Shown here: positions 1 through 10,196 of the stretch, piece by piece | How positions within the stretch are numbered: position 1 is the first letter of the stretch | Layout of the letters: every line of letters begins with the position of its first letter | Source: an uncultured Eubacterium sp. | GTDB taxonomy: Bacteria; Bacillota; Clostridia; Lachnospirales; Lachnospiraceae | Reading direction: 5' to 3' | Length of the DNA stretch: 64,000 bases | Assembly: GCA_910589595.1 (NCBI GenBank) | Contig: CAJUTM010000011.1 | Location: 11,054 to 75,053, forward strand | The notes under the pieces: generated by a model | Databases searched by the model: none | What the model saw: only the letters and a program-made list of their open reading frames with translations | What the model was told of the DNA's origin: nothing | Made by a program: the position numbers and the translations under genes

Positions 1-141
1 ACACTTATCTCATAATAAAAAAGATATCAACACTACGGCTGACACACTGCTGGAAACAAAAATAATATCACAAATATTATACTCCTGATTACTGAAAATT
101 TCTACCTGTTTTTACACATGTTATCAAAATGTTATCAAAAT

Positions 142-1878
142 CTACCCCGGCAGACTATCCCGCACACAAAGCGCCCCCCAGCCCACGCTGTCATTCGGAT
201 ATTCCTCAAACGCCGGCAGTTGCCGCGCCCCGCGAATGAGAAAGGCTTTTACTTTTTGTCCAAAAAGATAAGGGTCCCGCCCCTCAACAATACCATACTG
301 CATTAGCAGGGCGGCGCTCCCCGTGACAAACGGGCATGCCATAGATGTTCCCGTACGGCTCACATAGCCGCCTCCGGGAGAACATGACAAAATATCAACC
401 CCGGGAGCAACCAAATCCGGCTTAACCCATCCACAGCAGACATAACCCCGCCCCGAAAAAGGCGCATAGCTATCGGTGTCGCCATTATAAGCGCCTACTG
501 TAATCGGTCTTGAAGCAGTGGAGGGAATTGTCAGCGTGCGGTCGGCATCCGAGATAAGAAATCCCGTCTCGCGATTGATACTGCTGCCGCTCGGCATCCA
601 CAAATCAATTTGTCCGTCTACTACCATCTTCGGTATGAATACGATTTTCCAAACACCGCTTCGAATATTGGAGCTTACCCCCTCCGGCAGCAGTTCAAAA
701 TAAATTTCCTGCACAATGCTATATGGCGCCGGGTCTCCAAAATACCATAATAATTCTGTTCCATCAATTACATAACGGTACATTCCCTGCAAATCCTCTC
801 CGAGAATTATTTCATCTCCGGACGGGGAAGTCAGGCGTATCTGGAAAGAATCCGTGTATTGTTTCCAAATCTGAATGGCCAGATTATATTCTCCCGGCGC
901 CACGACAAACTCAATTAAACTGTTCATTCCCATCATCAGCTCTACTGCCGCATGTCTGGCGAGATTTCCCTCATTTCCGCTCCCCACGCATATCGTTGTC
1001 CGCCCCATATTCGCAACCGTATCCAAATACGTCTCAATCAGCGAAGTACCCGTATGGGAGCCGTAATTGTTCCCATAACTAAGATTGAGCGCTAATGGTT
1101 CATTTCTGCGAATGCTCATGCGCACGCAAAAATCAATGCCTTGCATTAACTGTGCCGTTTGCGGGAAGCCCTCTGCTGTCGGACTCCCCAATTTTACAAC
1201 AAGAATATCGGCCTCGTAGGCGACGCCCCGATTCTCTCCACGGCTCGCCCGTCCGTTTCCGGCCGCAATCCCCGCCACATGCGTGCCATGCCCGCTTCTA
1301 TCCTGCGTCGGAGAGCGGCTTTCATTTTGCAGTATCGTATTAATGTCCTCTTCCGAAAAATACACTCCTCTCTGATATCCTTCCGGAGGAGCCTGCCCGG
1401 AACCCTCCTCCGGCGTCAATGTCTGGTCCCACAGACCAACAATGCGGGTAGTACCATCCTCCTTGCGAAAATCCGGATGGAAAATATCAATACCGCTATC
1501 CACAATTCCTACCAGAATACCCTGTCCGGTCAGTGAATACGGTGGACGCTGTACCGGCGGTATGCAGGAAACAAGCTTTCCTTCATAGACCGCAAAAGAA
1601 AGAGCCTTTGGTTTCTCAATAAACTCTACCAACGGCTCCTCGGACAATTGTAATAATTGTTCTCTTGTAACTTCCGCTATAGCAAAACCACCGAGCAAAT
1701 CTACCCAGTTTTCATAGCGCTCCGACAAATTCCCCATCTCTCCGGAATAGCGCAGGATAATTTCCCATTTCGCATCCTGCGTATCATAACCAACCTGAAG
1801 ATTTTCGCTCTTCTCCCTTGTCTGCTCGTCTACATCTAAGGATAACTCCAACAGGTTTTCTATTTTCTGGTCTGCCAT
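142..1878 (-). CDS. S8 subtilisin-like serine protease, CspA/CspB-like spore germination protease
   Basis: Intact triad motifs IVDSGID, HGTHVAGIA and GTSMACP; long insertion inside the subtilase domain as in clostridial Csp proteins; starts 1 bp after the sigK stop. Confidence 0.85.
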   Translation of the reverse strand: MADQKIENLLELSLDVDEQTREKSENLQVGYDTQDAKWEIILRYSGEMGNLSERYENWVDLLGGFAIAEVTREQLLQLSEEPLVEFIEKPKALSFAVYEGKLVSCIPPVQRPPYSLTGQGILVGIVDSGIDIFHPDFRKEDGTTRIVGLWDQTLTPEEGSGQAPPEGYQRGVYFSEEDINTILQNESRSPTQDRSGHGTHVAGIAAGNGRASRGENRGVAYEADILVVKLGSPTAEGFPQTAQLMQGIDFCVRMSIRRNEPLALNLSYGNNYGSHTGTSLIETYLDTVANMGRTTICVGSGNEGNLARHAAVELMMGMNSLIEFVVAPGEYNLAIQIWKQYTDSFQIRLTSPSGDEIILGEDLQGMYRYVIDGTELLWYFGDPAPYSIVQEIYFELLPEGVSSNIRSGVWKIVFIPKMVVDGQIDLWMPSGSSINRETGFLISDADRTLTIPSTASRPITVGAYNGDTDSYAPFSGRGYVCCGWVKPDLVAPGVDILSCSPGGGYVSRTGTSMACPFVTGSAALLMQYGIVEGRDPYLFGQKVKAFLIRGARQLPAFEEYPNDSVGWGALCVRDSLPG

Positions 1879-1879
1879 A

Positions 1880-2536
1880 CTAACATCCTCTTACTTTCTC
1901 ATACGCCCGACGCAGTTTCTGCAATGCTTTCTTTTCGATTCGACTCACATAACTGCGAGAGATGCCAAGCTGTCGGGCGATTTCCCGCTGCGTCACTTCC
2001 GGATGCTCCGGAATACGCGGCCGCTCGGGCACTCCATAGCGGAGACGAATAATCAGCTTTTCTCTCTCGGTCAGATTTTCTTCAATCAATCCATACAGTT
2101 TTGAAATATTCTCTTCCTTTTCCATCCGCTCCGGAATATCTTCATCCACACTTTCCAGAATATCAAGAAAACTCAACGAATTTCCCTCTCCGTCATCCCC
2201 GCCGATTGGCTCATAGAGAAAGACTTCTTTCGACTGTTTCTTGTCACTGCGAAACGTCATAAGGAGTTCATTATCAATACACCGCGAAGCATAAGTGGCG
2301 AGACGAACACCTTTCCCCTGACGGTATGTGTCCACTGCCTTTATGAGTCCTATCGTCCCAATCGAAATCAAGTCATCTACGCTATGGTCGGTATTACTAT
2401 ATTTTTTTACAAGATAGGCAACGAGACGTAAGTTATGCTCAATTAAAATGGTTCTTGCCTCCCTGTCTCCCTGCTCCCATCTCTTGATATACTCATTCTC
2501 TTCCTCGACACTCAAAGGTTGTGGAAATGCCTGCAT
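1880..2536 (-). CDS. sigK: RNA polymerase sporulation sigma factor SigK
   Basis: FPQPLS..EE, LIEHNLRLVAY, DDLISIGTIGLIKA, LATYASRCIDNELLM and TQREIARQLGISRSYVSRIEKKAL motifs; GGAGG RBS before the ATG. Confidence 0.9.
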   Translation of the reverse strand: MQAFPQPLSVEEENEYIKRWEQGDREARTILIEHNLRLVAYLVKKYSNTDHSVDDLISIGTIGLIKAVDTYRQGKGVRLATYASRCIDNELLMTFRSDKKQSKEVFLYEPIGGDDGEGNSLSFLDILESVDEDIPERMEKEENISKLYGLIEENLTEREKLIIRLRYGVPERPRIPEHPEVTQREIARQLGISRSYVSRIEKKALQKLRRAYEKVRGC

Positions 2537-2565
2537 ACAGACCTCCGTCAGAACTACATTACTTC

Positions 2566-2592
2566 ATTCTATGACTTTTTTTGTCCATTAGT
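2566..2592 (-). promoter_or_regulatory. Putative sigma-K/sigma-E type promoter of sigK
   Basis: Minus strand reads AC-N17-CATAGAAT, matching the mother-cell -10 consensus CATAnnnT. Confidence 0.45.
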
Positions 2593-2694
2593 GCCTGACT
2601 ACCTGCAAGAAATATTTGAAATCATCTACCGGTTTGTGATAAGATAACTATACTTTGTGAATCTACGCATTGATAATGAAATGGAGGAACAGAC

Positions 2695-3846
2695 ATGAAT
2701 AAAAAAGAAATTGCAGAAATTAAGAAGCGTTTTACGAAAACCAAATGCACCGTAACCCGTATTTGCGGATGTTATGTCGACGCGGAAAAACAGAAACGGA
2801 TGACACTAAAAGAAGCATTTGCCGGACTTCCGGAAGAAGAAATGTTTAAATACATAGATATTTTTCGAAAAACCCTTTCCGGCTCGATTGGAAAGACATT
2901 GATGAATATGGAATTTCCGACAGAAGAAGAGACAGCGGAAGACGGAAAACAGCGGTTTCTTATGCAATTGCTGGAGAGCAAACTCGCAGACGAACAGCTT
3001 CTCAATCAGTTTTACGACACAATTATTGAGAACTACAATTATCCGGAAAATTATTTCATTATTCTCATTCACGACGCCTATGATATTCCTAAAATTACAA
3101 CTGATGGCATCGAAAATTTCGACGCCTCCGAGTATGTATACGATTATATACTGTGCAGCATATGTCCGGTAAAATTAACAAAACCGGGATTGTGTTATAA
3201 TACCGAGACCAACCATATTCAGGACCGAATACGCGACTGGCTCGTACAGCCTCCGGAACTCGGCTTTCTGTTTCCGGCTTTCAATGACCGCAATATGGAT
3301 ATCCACAGCCTCCTGTACTACTCTAAAAATTCAGACGATTTAGATTTGGCAATAACGGAAAATGTCCTCGGCTGCCGCCTGCCTCTGCCGCCAAAGAGCC
3401 AGAAAGAAACCTTTAACGCTATTGTGGAGGAAGCGCTTGGTCTGGAGTGTGATTATGATATCGTAAAATCCATCCACGAAAACTTGAATCAGATGGTGGA
3501 AGAAAATAAAGAGAATCCGGAACCTCTTGCTTTAGACCGCACCGATATCGGAAGACTTCTGGAAAAGAGCGGTGTGGAAGAAGAACAGCTTGCCGTGTTT
3601 GAGACGCGCTATGACGAGACGGTAGGAGAAAAAGAACATCTAATGGCGAATAACATTTCCAACACCCGCAAATTTGAAGTGCGGACGCCGGATGTAACCG
3701 TGCAGGTAAATCCAGAGAGAACCGATTTAATTGAGACAAAAGTAATCGACGGCGTACCATGCCTTGTGATTGAAATCAATGATTTAGTGGAAGTAAACGG
3801 CATACAGATTGTATCGGATTTAGCTGACGATACCAAGACGAATTGA
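2695..3846 (+). CDS. DUF4317-like conserved protein
   Basis: 383-aa acidic ORF with GGAGG RBS; N-terminus MNKKEIAEIKKRF..RICGCYVD recalled as typical of this clostridial family. Confidence 0.75.
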   Translation: MNKKEIAEIKKRFTKTKCTVTRICGCYVDAEKQKRMTLKEAFAGLPEEEMFKYIDIFRKTLSGSIGKTLMNMEFPTEEETAEDGKQRFLMQLLESKLADEQLLNQFYDTIIENYNYPENYFIILIHDAYDIPKITTDGIENFDASEYVYDYILCSICPVKLTKPGLCYNTETNHIQDRIRDWLVQPPELGFLFPAFNDRNMDIHSLLYYSKNSDDLDLAITENVLGCRLPLPPKSQKETFNAIVEEALGLECDYDIVKSIHENLNQMVEENKENPEPLALDRTDIGRLLEKSGVEEEQLAVFETRYDETVGEKEHLMANNISNTRKFEVRTPDVTVQVNPERTDLIETKVIDGVPCLVIEINDLVEVNGIQIVSDLADDTKTN

Positions 3847-3863
3847 AAATAGCATACGCATGG

Positions 3864-3902
3864 AAAAGCGCTGCTTCCGAAATCAGAAAGCAGCGCTTTT
3901 TT
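3864..3902. terminator. Bidirectional intrinsic terminator
   Basis: AAAAGCGCTGCTT / AAGCAGCGCTTTT inverted repeat with A/T tails between convergent genes. Confidence 0.8.
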
Positions 3903-3935
3903 CAGCGTAATACATCCGCGCGATTTTTCACACGG

Positions 3936-5099
3936 TTATTGTAACAATTCCTGTGCAAGTATTTCCATCTGCGCAACGTCGTCCTCTTTCATCGTTGACT
4001 TAATCGTTACCATATGCTCGCACAGCGTCATATTTTTCATTCCTTCTACGATTTCACGCATTTTCCTGTTTGCCATCGGCCCCCAGCTTCCATTTTCCAA
4101 AAAGGCAACTTTCTTATTTTGAAAGTTCTTGTGCCCGAGCCGGTACAGAAAATCCTGCATTGGAGAGAACAAACCGCCGTCATAGGTAGCGCAGGCAAGT
4201 ACTATTTTATCATAGCGGAACGCGTCTTCCACAGCCTCTGCCATATCCTCGCGGCACAAATCGCTGACAACTACTTTGGCAGCTCCTTTCGCAGTCAGTA
4301 TCTCGCCGAGTTTTTCTGCCGCCTTTCCGGTATTGCCGTGAATCGAAGCATACGCCACAAACACGCCGTCGTCCTCCGCCTCATAACTCGTCCATGTCTT
4401 GTATTTGCCTATGTAATATGATAAGTCTTCCTGTAAAATCGGGCCATGCAGCGGACAAATCTTCTCTATCTCAAGTGCGGCCGCCTTTTTCAGCAGCGCC
4501 GCCGCCTGCACGCCGTATTTGCCGACGATATTAAAATAATAGCGACGAGCTTCACACGCCCAATCTTCTTCCGTGTCCAGCGTGCCGAATTTACCAAAAG
4601 CGTCGGCAGAAAATAAAACCTTTTCCGTCGTTTCATACTCTACCATAACTTCCGGCCAATGAACCATCGGCGCCATCATAAAAGTGAGGGTATGCTTTCC
4701 CAAATCAAGAGTATCCCCCTCGGCCACTTCTACTTTTTTTCCCTCCAAATCCAACTCCATAAACTGAGGGAGCATGGCAAACACTTTGGCATTACTAACG
4801 AGTTTCATCTGTGGATATTTCGCCATCACATCGGCAATACTGCCGCTGTGGTCTGGCTCCATATGTGATACGATAAGATAATCCGGCAAACGGCCATCCA
4901 ATTCCGTCTCAATATTAGAAAGCCATTCATCCGTTTTACGGCCATCGACCGAATCCATCAGGGCAACTTTTTCGTCCATAATCAAATACGAATTATATGA
5001 CACCCCATTGGGAACGATAAACTGACTTTCAAATAAATCAATGTCTTTGTCATCCACGCCAACATAACGAATGGCATCGGAAATTGTAACTTTACTCAT
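3936..5099 (-). CDS. fprA: Flavodiiron protein (A-type flavoprotein)
   Basis: SHMEPDHSG and HWPE metallo-beta-lactamase motifs, FSADAFG, C-terminal flavodoxin (YASIHGNT). Confidence 0.9.
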   Translation of the reverse strand: MSKVTISDAIRYVGVDDKDIDLFESQFIVPNGVSYNSYLIMDEKVALMDSVDGRKTDEWLSNIETELDGRLPDYLIVSHMEPDHSGSIADVMAKYPQMKLVSNAKVFAMLPQFMELDLEGKKVEVAEGDTLDLGKHTLTFMMAPMVHWPEVMVEYETTEKVLFSADAFGKFGTLDTEEDWACEARRYYFNIVGKYGVQAAALLKKAAALEIEKICPLHGPILQEDLSYYIGKYKTWTSYEAEDDGVFVAYASIHGNTGKAAEKLGEILTAKGAAKVVVSDLCREDMAEAVEDAFRYDKIVLACATYDGGLFSPMQDFLYRLGHKNFQNKKVAFLENGSWGPMANRKMREIVEGMKNMTLCEHMVTIKSTMKEDDVAQMEILAQELLQ

Positions 5100-5169
5100 G
5101 TCTTTTTTCCTCCTTCGAAATGAAAATACATAAGTTCAGTATACAATTTAGCAATGCCAAAATCAAGAA

Positions 5170-6417
5170 TTATTCTTCAACAAGAAAACAATCGTGTGAA
5201 TCAATTGTCTGCTCTTCCGTAAAATCAATCTTTTCGTCCGTCCATAAATTATATCCAGATGCACCGTCGGCATACTGCGATGGTGTCACGGCAATACACG
5301 TATCCGCAATATTGAAAATAGCGGTATACTTCTTATCATCATACCGGCCGACTGCTTTCCATACAATCATTTTGTCATTCCGGAACACCTCTTTTGCATG
5401 GGAAGAGTTCTCTAACAGATAGAGCACACGCTGATTCGTAATCAGTGACAGCGTCCAATCATCCAGTTCCGGCAATTCCGCACCTAACATCATCGGCGAA
5501 CGGAATATGCTCCACAGCGTCATCATCGTGCGCTGTTCCACTTTTGTAAAATTGGTCTGCCGTTCATCTCCAAACCCCTTGCCAATCCGTCCGAGCGGAA
5601 GCATATCACAGTCCGGATAACCGCCATCCCTCACCGAATCCTGCCAATTGCGGCAGCGGTCGAACATATCGCGCAGAGACTTCCAGTTATCCCAGAAATC
5701 ATCCGTAATCCGCCACATATTTGCATTTTCGTGATAATACTCCGCCAGTTCGGGAAGCGCCGGACCGGGAGACAGACTGAGAACGATATCGCGCCCACAT
5801 TTTGCAATGGCCCGATGAAGCATGGCAATCTCCTCTTTTGCCGTATCGGCGTCTAAGCGGCAAATATCATCACATTTAATAAAATCTACACCCCACTCCG
5901 CATAGAGATTCATTAGAGAGTCGTAATATTCCTGCGCCCCCGGCGCGTCCGGAAGAATACCGTACATATCCGGATTCCAATAACAAATATTATTGGCTGC
6001 GGCAATCTGGTTCGCCGTATATTCCGTTCCCAATATCCTGCCGTGATGATGAGCCGCAATGCGTGGTATGCCACGCATAATATGAATACCAAACTTTAAC
6101 CCTCTGTCATGTATGTACTGTGCAAGCGGCGCAAAACCCTTTCCACCGGCGGAAGAGGGAAAGCGCTGCGGACAGGGAAGTAAACGGGAATACTCATCCA
6201 TTTCCACATCCCAGAAAGGAATATATTGATGTTTATTTCGCTGTGTACCGGCATCATACGCATACCACTCGATATCAACTACAATATATTCCCATCCATA
6301 TTCTTTTAAATGTTCTGCCATGTAGTCGGCATTTGCTTTCACCTGCTGCTCATTCACGGTAGTATCATAATAATCATAACTATTCCACCCCATCGGTGGT
6401 TTTTTCCATGTCAGCAT
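5170..6417 (-). CDS. Glycoside hydrolase family 27 (alpha-galactosidase-like)
   Basis: PPMGWNSYD, WGVDFIKCDD, NMWRITDDFWD and YPDCDMLP motifs; start moved to the ATG at 6417, which has an AGAGGA RBS. Confidence 0.85.
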   Translation of the reverse strand: MLTWKKPPMGWNSYDYYDTTVNEQQVKANADYMAEHLKEYGWEYIVVDIEWYAYDAGTQRNKHQYIPFWDVEMDEYSRLLPCPQRFPSSAGGKGFAPLAQYIHDRGLKFGIHIMRGIPRIAAHHHGRILGTEYTANQIAAANNICYWNPDMYGILPDAPGAQEYYDSLMNLYAEWGVDFIKCDDICRLDADTAKEEIAMLHRAIAKCGRDIVLSLSPGPALPELAEYYHENANMWRITDDFWDNWKSLRDMFDRCRNWQDSVRDGGYPDCDMLPLGRIGKGFGDERQTNFTKVEQRTMMTLWSIFRSPMMLGAELPELDDWTLSLITNQRVLYLLENSSHAKEVFRNDKMIVWKAVGRYDDKKYTAIFNIADTCIAVTPSQYADGASGYNLWTDEKIDFTEEQTIDSHDCFLVEE

Positions 6418-6465
6418 ATTTATCCTCTTTTCCTTTTTATAGACATATCCGGTTTCTGGCATATA

Positions 6466-6900
6466 TCAAATGTTATAACTGCCGCCTCCCGCCATCTGCC
6501 AGTCGACCAAATCGGCAAGAGTAATGTTATCAATCACTTCACTAATCGCCTCATTCAACCGCTTCCACACAATTGAAGTCGCACAATTTTCCATGCGGTC
6601 GCAGGCAATAATTTCCTTGTCCACACAATCGACAGGAGCCATACTCCCCTCTGTCAAGCGCAAAATCATCCCAACCGTATAATCTTCCGGCTTCTTTGTG
6701 AGAAGATAGCCGCCCTGAGGCCCGCGGATACTACGCACAAAACGCGCCTTATTTAATATCGAAATAATCTGCTCCAAATATTTATCTGAAATTCCCTGCC
6801 GGCAGGCAATCTCCTTGATTCGAATCGGCTTTTCCGTATCATTTAGCGCCAAGTCCAGCATAAGACGCAATGCATACCGTCCCTTTGTAGAAATCTTCAC
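6466..6900 (-). CDS. Rrf2 family transcriptional regulator (IscR-like, three Cys)
   Basis: MKISTKGRYALR, YLEQI and SIRGPQGGY motifs; C-x7-C-x5-C. Confidence 0.9.
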   Translation of the reverse strand: MKISTKGRYALRLMLDLALNDTEKPIRIKEIACRQGISDKYLEQIISILNKARFVRSIRGPQGGYLLTKKPEDYTVGMILRLTEGSMAPVDCVDKEIIACDRMENCATSIVWKRLNEAISEVIDNITLADLVDWQMAGGGSYNI

Positions 6901-6984
6901 AATACATCTCTCCTAACCATACATTTCCTACTACAATTATATGATACAATAAGCACAAACAAAATGCAAGAAAGATTACCCTAA

Positions 6985-7959
6985 TTACCCGATATCAAAC
7001 CCGCATGCCGTCAGCATTTCCCTATCCTGCCTTGTACGGCTTCCCGAAGTCGTAAGCATATCTCCCGTAATTGCCGCGTTTGCTCCGGCAAAAAAGGCAT
7101 TCTTCCCACTTTCTGTCAGCAATTTACGTCCTGCGGCAAGTCTTATATCTGCCGTTGGATTCAGAAAACGGAAGATAATTATCGTCCGCAAAATCTCTTC
7201 TTCTGTCAGCGGAAGCAGCTCTTCAAACGGGGTGCCTGCTATCGGAATCAGCGCATTCAGCGGAATCGAATCTACCTCCAATTCCGCTAACGTCAACGCC
7301 ATATCCATACGGTCTTCCCATGTTTCACCCATACCTATAATGCCGCCGGAGCAAACCTGCAGTCCGGCGCTTTTCGCTGCGCGGATACAGGCAATTTTAT
7401 CTTCGAAAGTGTGCGTGGTACAGATATTCGGAAAATTCCTCCGCGAAGTTTCTATATTGGCGTGATAACGCCTGACTCCGGCTTCCCGCAACGCGACAAA
7501 CTGTTCTTTCGTCAGTAATCCGTGCGAGGCGCATAAACGGATGCGCCCGCACTCTTCACCCATCTTTCGGTATGCTTTCAGCGCCCATTCGAAATCCTTT
7601 CCGGCGAGCGTGCGTCCCGCTGTCACAATAGAAAAGCGATGTGCTCCCATCTCTTCGTGATGGCGGCACGTCCTCACAAACTCATCCGTCTCCAAAATTT
7701 CGTATTCCTCTGCCCCCGTATGATAATGAGACGATTGGGCACAAAATTTGCAATTTTCACTGCAGCGCCCGGAGCGCCCATTAATAATTGTACACAAATC
7801 AACATGATTGCCACACAATTCCTCACGGAGGCGGTTCGCTCCCGCTTGCAACTGCTCAAAATCGCTCTCCAGAAGAAAAGATAAATCATCCGCTCTTGTC
7901 AGGCGGCGGCCCTCCAAAATTTCATTTACTATTTGTTCCAACATATCCATATCACGCAT
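6985..7959 (-). CDS. bioB: Biotin synthase
   Basis: Radical-SAM CSENCKFCAQS, HANIETS, VCSGGIIGMGE, IRLAAGR and GDMLTT motifs. Confidence 0.92.
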   Translation of the reverse strand: MRDMDMLEQIVNEILEGRRLTRADDLSFLLESDFEQLQAGANRLREELCGNHVDLCTIINGRSGRCSENCKFCAQSSHYHTGAEEYEILETDEFVRTCRHHEEMGAHRFSIVTAGRTLAGKDFEWALKAYRKMGEECGRIRLCASHGLLTKEQFVALREAGVRRYHANIETSRRNFPNICTTHTFEDKIACIRAAKSAGLQVCSGGIIGMGETWEDRMDMALTLAELEVDSIPLNALIPIAGTPFEELLPLTEEEILRTIIIFRFLNPTADIRLAAGRKLLTESGKNAFFAGANAAITGDMLTTSGSRTRQDREMLTACGFDIG

Positions 7960-7971
7960 CCCCTCTTAATT

Positions 7972-9150
7972 TTAGTGGTGGAACAGACGTATGCCTGTAA
8001 AACTCATCACCATATTATGGCGGTTGCAGGCGTCAATACAATCCTTATCGCGAATCGAGCCTCCCGGCTGGGCAATGTATTTTACTCCGCTGCGGTATGC
8101 TCTCTCAATATTATCATCAAACGGGAAGAATGCATCCGAGCCAAGCGTCACATCTTTGGCGTACTCGGACAACCACTTCTGTTTCTCCTCTTTCGTAAAT
8201 ACTGGCGGTTTTTCCGTGAAATATTTCTCCCAGCATCCATCTGCCAATACATCCATAAAATCTTCACCGATATAGTTATCAATCGCATTATCGCGCTCTG
8301 CCCGCTTCATGCCCTCCTTAAATGGAAGTCCCAACACCTGAGGAGACTGGCGCAGCAGCCAATTATCCGCTTTCTGTCCTGCAAGACGGGTGCAGTGAAT
8401 ACGAGACTGCTGACCGGCTCCGATACCGATTGCCTGTCCTCCCTTGACAAAACAAACGGAATTGGACTGTGTGTATTTAAGCGTAATCATGGCGACAGCC
8501 ATATCAATCTTCGCCTGCTCCGGCAATTCTTTATTTTCCGTGACAATATTCGCGAAGAAATCATCATCAATCACTAATTCATTTCTTCCCTGCTCAAAAG
8601 TAATGCCAAATACTTCTTTGTGCTCAACCGGATTCGGTACATAAGAAGAATCAATCTCAATAATCGCATAGGCGCCCTTTTTCTTTTCCTTTAAAAGTTC
8701 CAGCGCTTCCGGCTCATATCCCGGCGCTATAATACCGTCTGAAAACTCCCGCTTAATCATTTTCGCCGCCGAGACGTCGCACACATCCGACAGAGCAATA
8801 AAATCTCCGTAAGAAGACATCCTGTCCGCACCGCGCGCTCTCGCATAAGCGGCCGCCAGAGGAGACAACTCGCCAAGGTCATCGACCCAGTAGATTTTCG
8901 CCTCCACCTCGGACAATGGCAGGCCTACTGCCGCCCCTGCCGGCGAGACATGCTTAAACGAAGTAGCCGCCGGAAGCCCTGTAGCTCTCTTTAACTCGCT
9001 CACTAACTGCCATCCGTTAAATGCATCTAAAAAATTAATATATCCCGGCTTGCCATTCAGCACCTTAATTGGCAGCTCGCCATCTTTCATATAAATCTTC
9101 GAAGGTTTCTGATTCGGGTTACAACCATATTTTAATTCCAGTTCTTTCAT
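7972..9150 (-). CDS. purH: Stand-alone AICAR transformylase (PurH C-terminal domain)
   Basis: [43 protein letters not shown] and QPGGSIRD motifs; no N-terminal IMPCH domain. Confidence 0.88.
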   Translation of the reverse strand: MKELELKYGCNPNQKPSKIYMKDGELPIKVLNGKPGYINFLDAFNGWQLVSELKRATGLPAATSFKHVSPAGAAVGLPLSEVEAKIYWVDDLGELSPLAAAYARARGADRMSSYGDFIALSDVCDVSAAKMIKREFSDGIIAPGYEPEALELLKEKKKGAYAIIEIDSSYVPNPVEHKEVFGITFEQGRNELVIDDDFFANIVTENKELPEQAKIDMAVAMITLKYTQSNSVCFVKGGQAIGIGAGQQSRIHCTRLAGQKADNWLLRQSPQVLGLPFKEGMKRAERDNAIDNYIGEDFMDVLADGCWEKYFTEKPPVFTKEEKQKWLSEYAKDVTLGSDAFFPFDDNIERAYRSGVKYIAQPGGSIRDKDCIDACNRHNMVMSFTGIRLFHH

Positions 9151-9180
9151 AACTATCCTCCATTCTGCCGCATCTATGCG

Positions 9181-9897
9181 TTATGCCTGATTTTTATTTA
9201 CAATATTTGTTTTATATTCTCCGGTTTCAATATCAATATAGCGGACAAACAAAGAAACTTTGTTATCCTCATTTAAGCTGTCCCAGAGCATTCCGGTAAA
9301 GGAATCCATATCGTCGCTCATCGCAACAAGTTTCGGCTCGCCCTCAAAACTTGGCAGCGGATTCCCATCCTGCATATAAGTGTGAATAAAGCGCCCCTCT
9401 CCTGCCACCGGATTACTGTACTGGAACGTATAGCGGTTGCAGGAAACCGGATTTCCCTGATTGCTTTTCAGAATCGACATCTGATACTGATACGCTCCCT
9501 TTTCCACTGTCATCATGGCAGAGATACGCGGCGTGTAGTTCGGAGCGTCCGGCTCAAATTCTCTCGTACGGAGAGCCTGCTCGAATGTCTGCTGCTTTTG
9601 CAGCAACTCATAAACCGTATCGGTCTGGTCGCCATTCGTTACAATCGTCGTATTGCCAAGAACGCGAACCGGCGCATAGATAATCAGGCTGGGGTCGCTC
9701 AGTTTGGAATCATCAAACGCCTGTGTGCGAATGCCCTCGCCATCCTCTACAAAGATGCGGTTACGGCTGTTTTCACTGCGCCCCATAATGAAATAGGCAG
9801 CCACGGCATACTTCCCGTTTGGCGACTTGCCAACAACAATCCCCCGTCCCGGATAAGGATTGCCTTTCAGCTCGTTTTCAAGTAAAATTGTCTTCAT
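9181..9897 (-). CDS. IMP cyclohydrolase-like protein (PurO-like)
   Basis: YPGRGI, YFIMGRSENSRNR, TNGDQTD and EPDAPNYTPRIS motifs; adjacent to the AICAR transformylase. Confidence 0.85.
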   Translation of the reverse strand: MKTILLENELKGNPYPGRGIVVGKSPNGKYAVAAYFIMGRSENSRNRIFVEDGEGIRTQAFDDSKLSDPSLIIYAPVRVLGNTTIVTNGDQTDTVYELLQKQQTFEQALRTREFEPDAPNYTPRISAMMTVEKGAYQYQMSILKSNQGNPVSCNRYTFQYSNPVAGEGRFIHTYMQDGNPLPSFEGEPKLVAMSDDMDSFTGMLWDSLNEDNKVSLFVRYIDIETGEYKTNIVNKNQA

Positions 9898-9945
9898 CTT
9901 CTCTTTCCCTCCTGTTCTGTTTTTTTGCCCGTCAGCTCTTCATAC

Positions 9946-9990
9946 AAAAAGACCGTCCGGACAACCAAAGAAATGGTCGCCCAGACGGTC
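9946..9990 (-). terminator. Riboswitch expression-platform terminator
   Basis: GACCGTCTGGGCGACCA-TTTCTT-TGGTTGTCCGGACGGTC-TTTTT, overlapping the 3' hairpin of the aptamer. Confidence 0.85.
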
Positions 9991-10067
9991 GGCAATTCGT
10001 TTCCATCCATACTTCCCGTGAGTGCTCTCACAAACAAAATGATTGTTTTTTCCGCCAGTCATATGGA
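9979..10067 (-). ncRNA. ZMP/ZTP (pfl) riboswitch aptamer
   Basis: Minus strand TCCATA-TGACTGGCGGAA...GTGAG-AGCA-CTCAC-GGGAAG-TATGGA, a linker, then GCCGACCGTCTGGGC; hallmark GACUGGCG and GCCGNCCGYCUGGGC elements upstream of purine-closure genes. Confidence 0.9.
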
Positions 10068-10196
10068 ATTACGTTTAGTATACTTCAATTGGTTTGAAAA
10101 AGCAAGCCAAATATTATGAAAAAATACTTACATAGGCGCTCCCACTTATTAAGTACATAGTAGTATAAACTCACTCTGATAAATCGTCTGAAGCAA

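Noticed and set aside
1880..2536. skin-like element interrupting sigK
   Set aside because: The ORF is continuous and no recombinase is adjacent.
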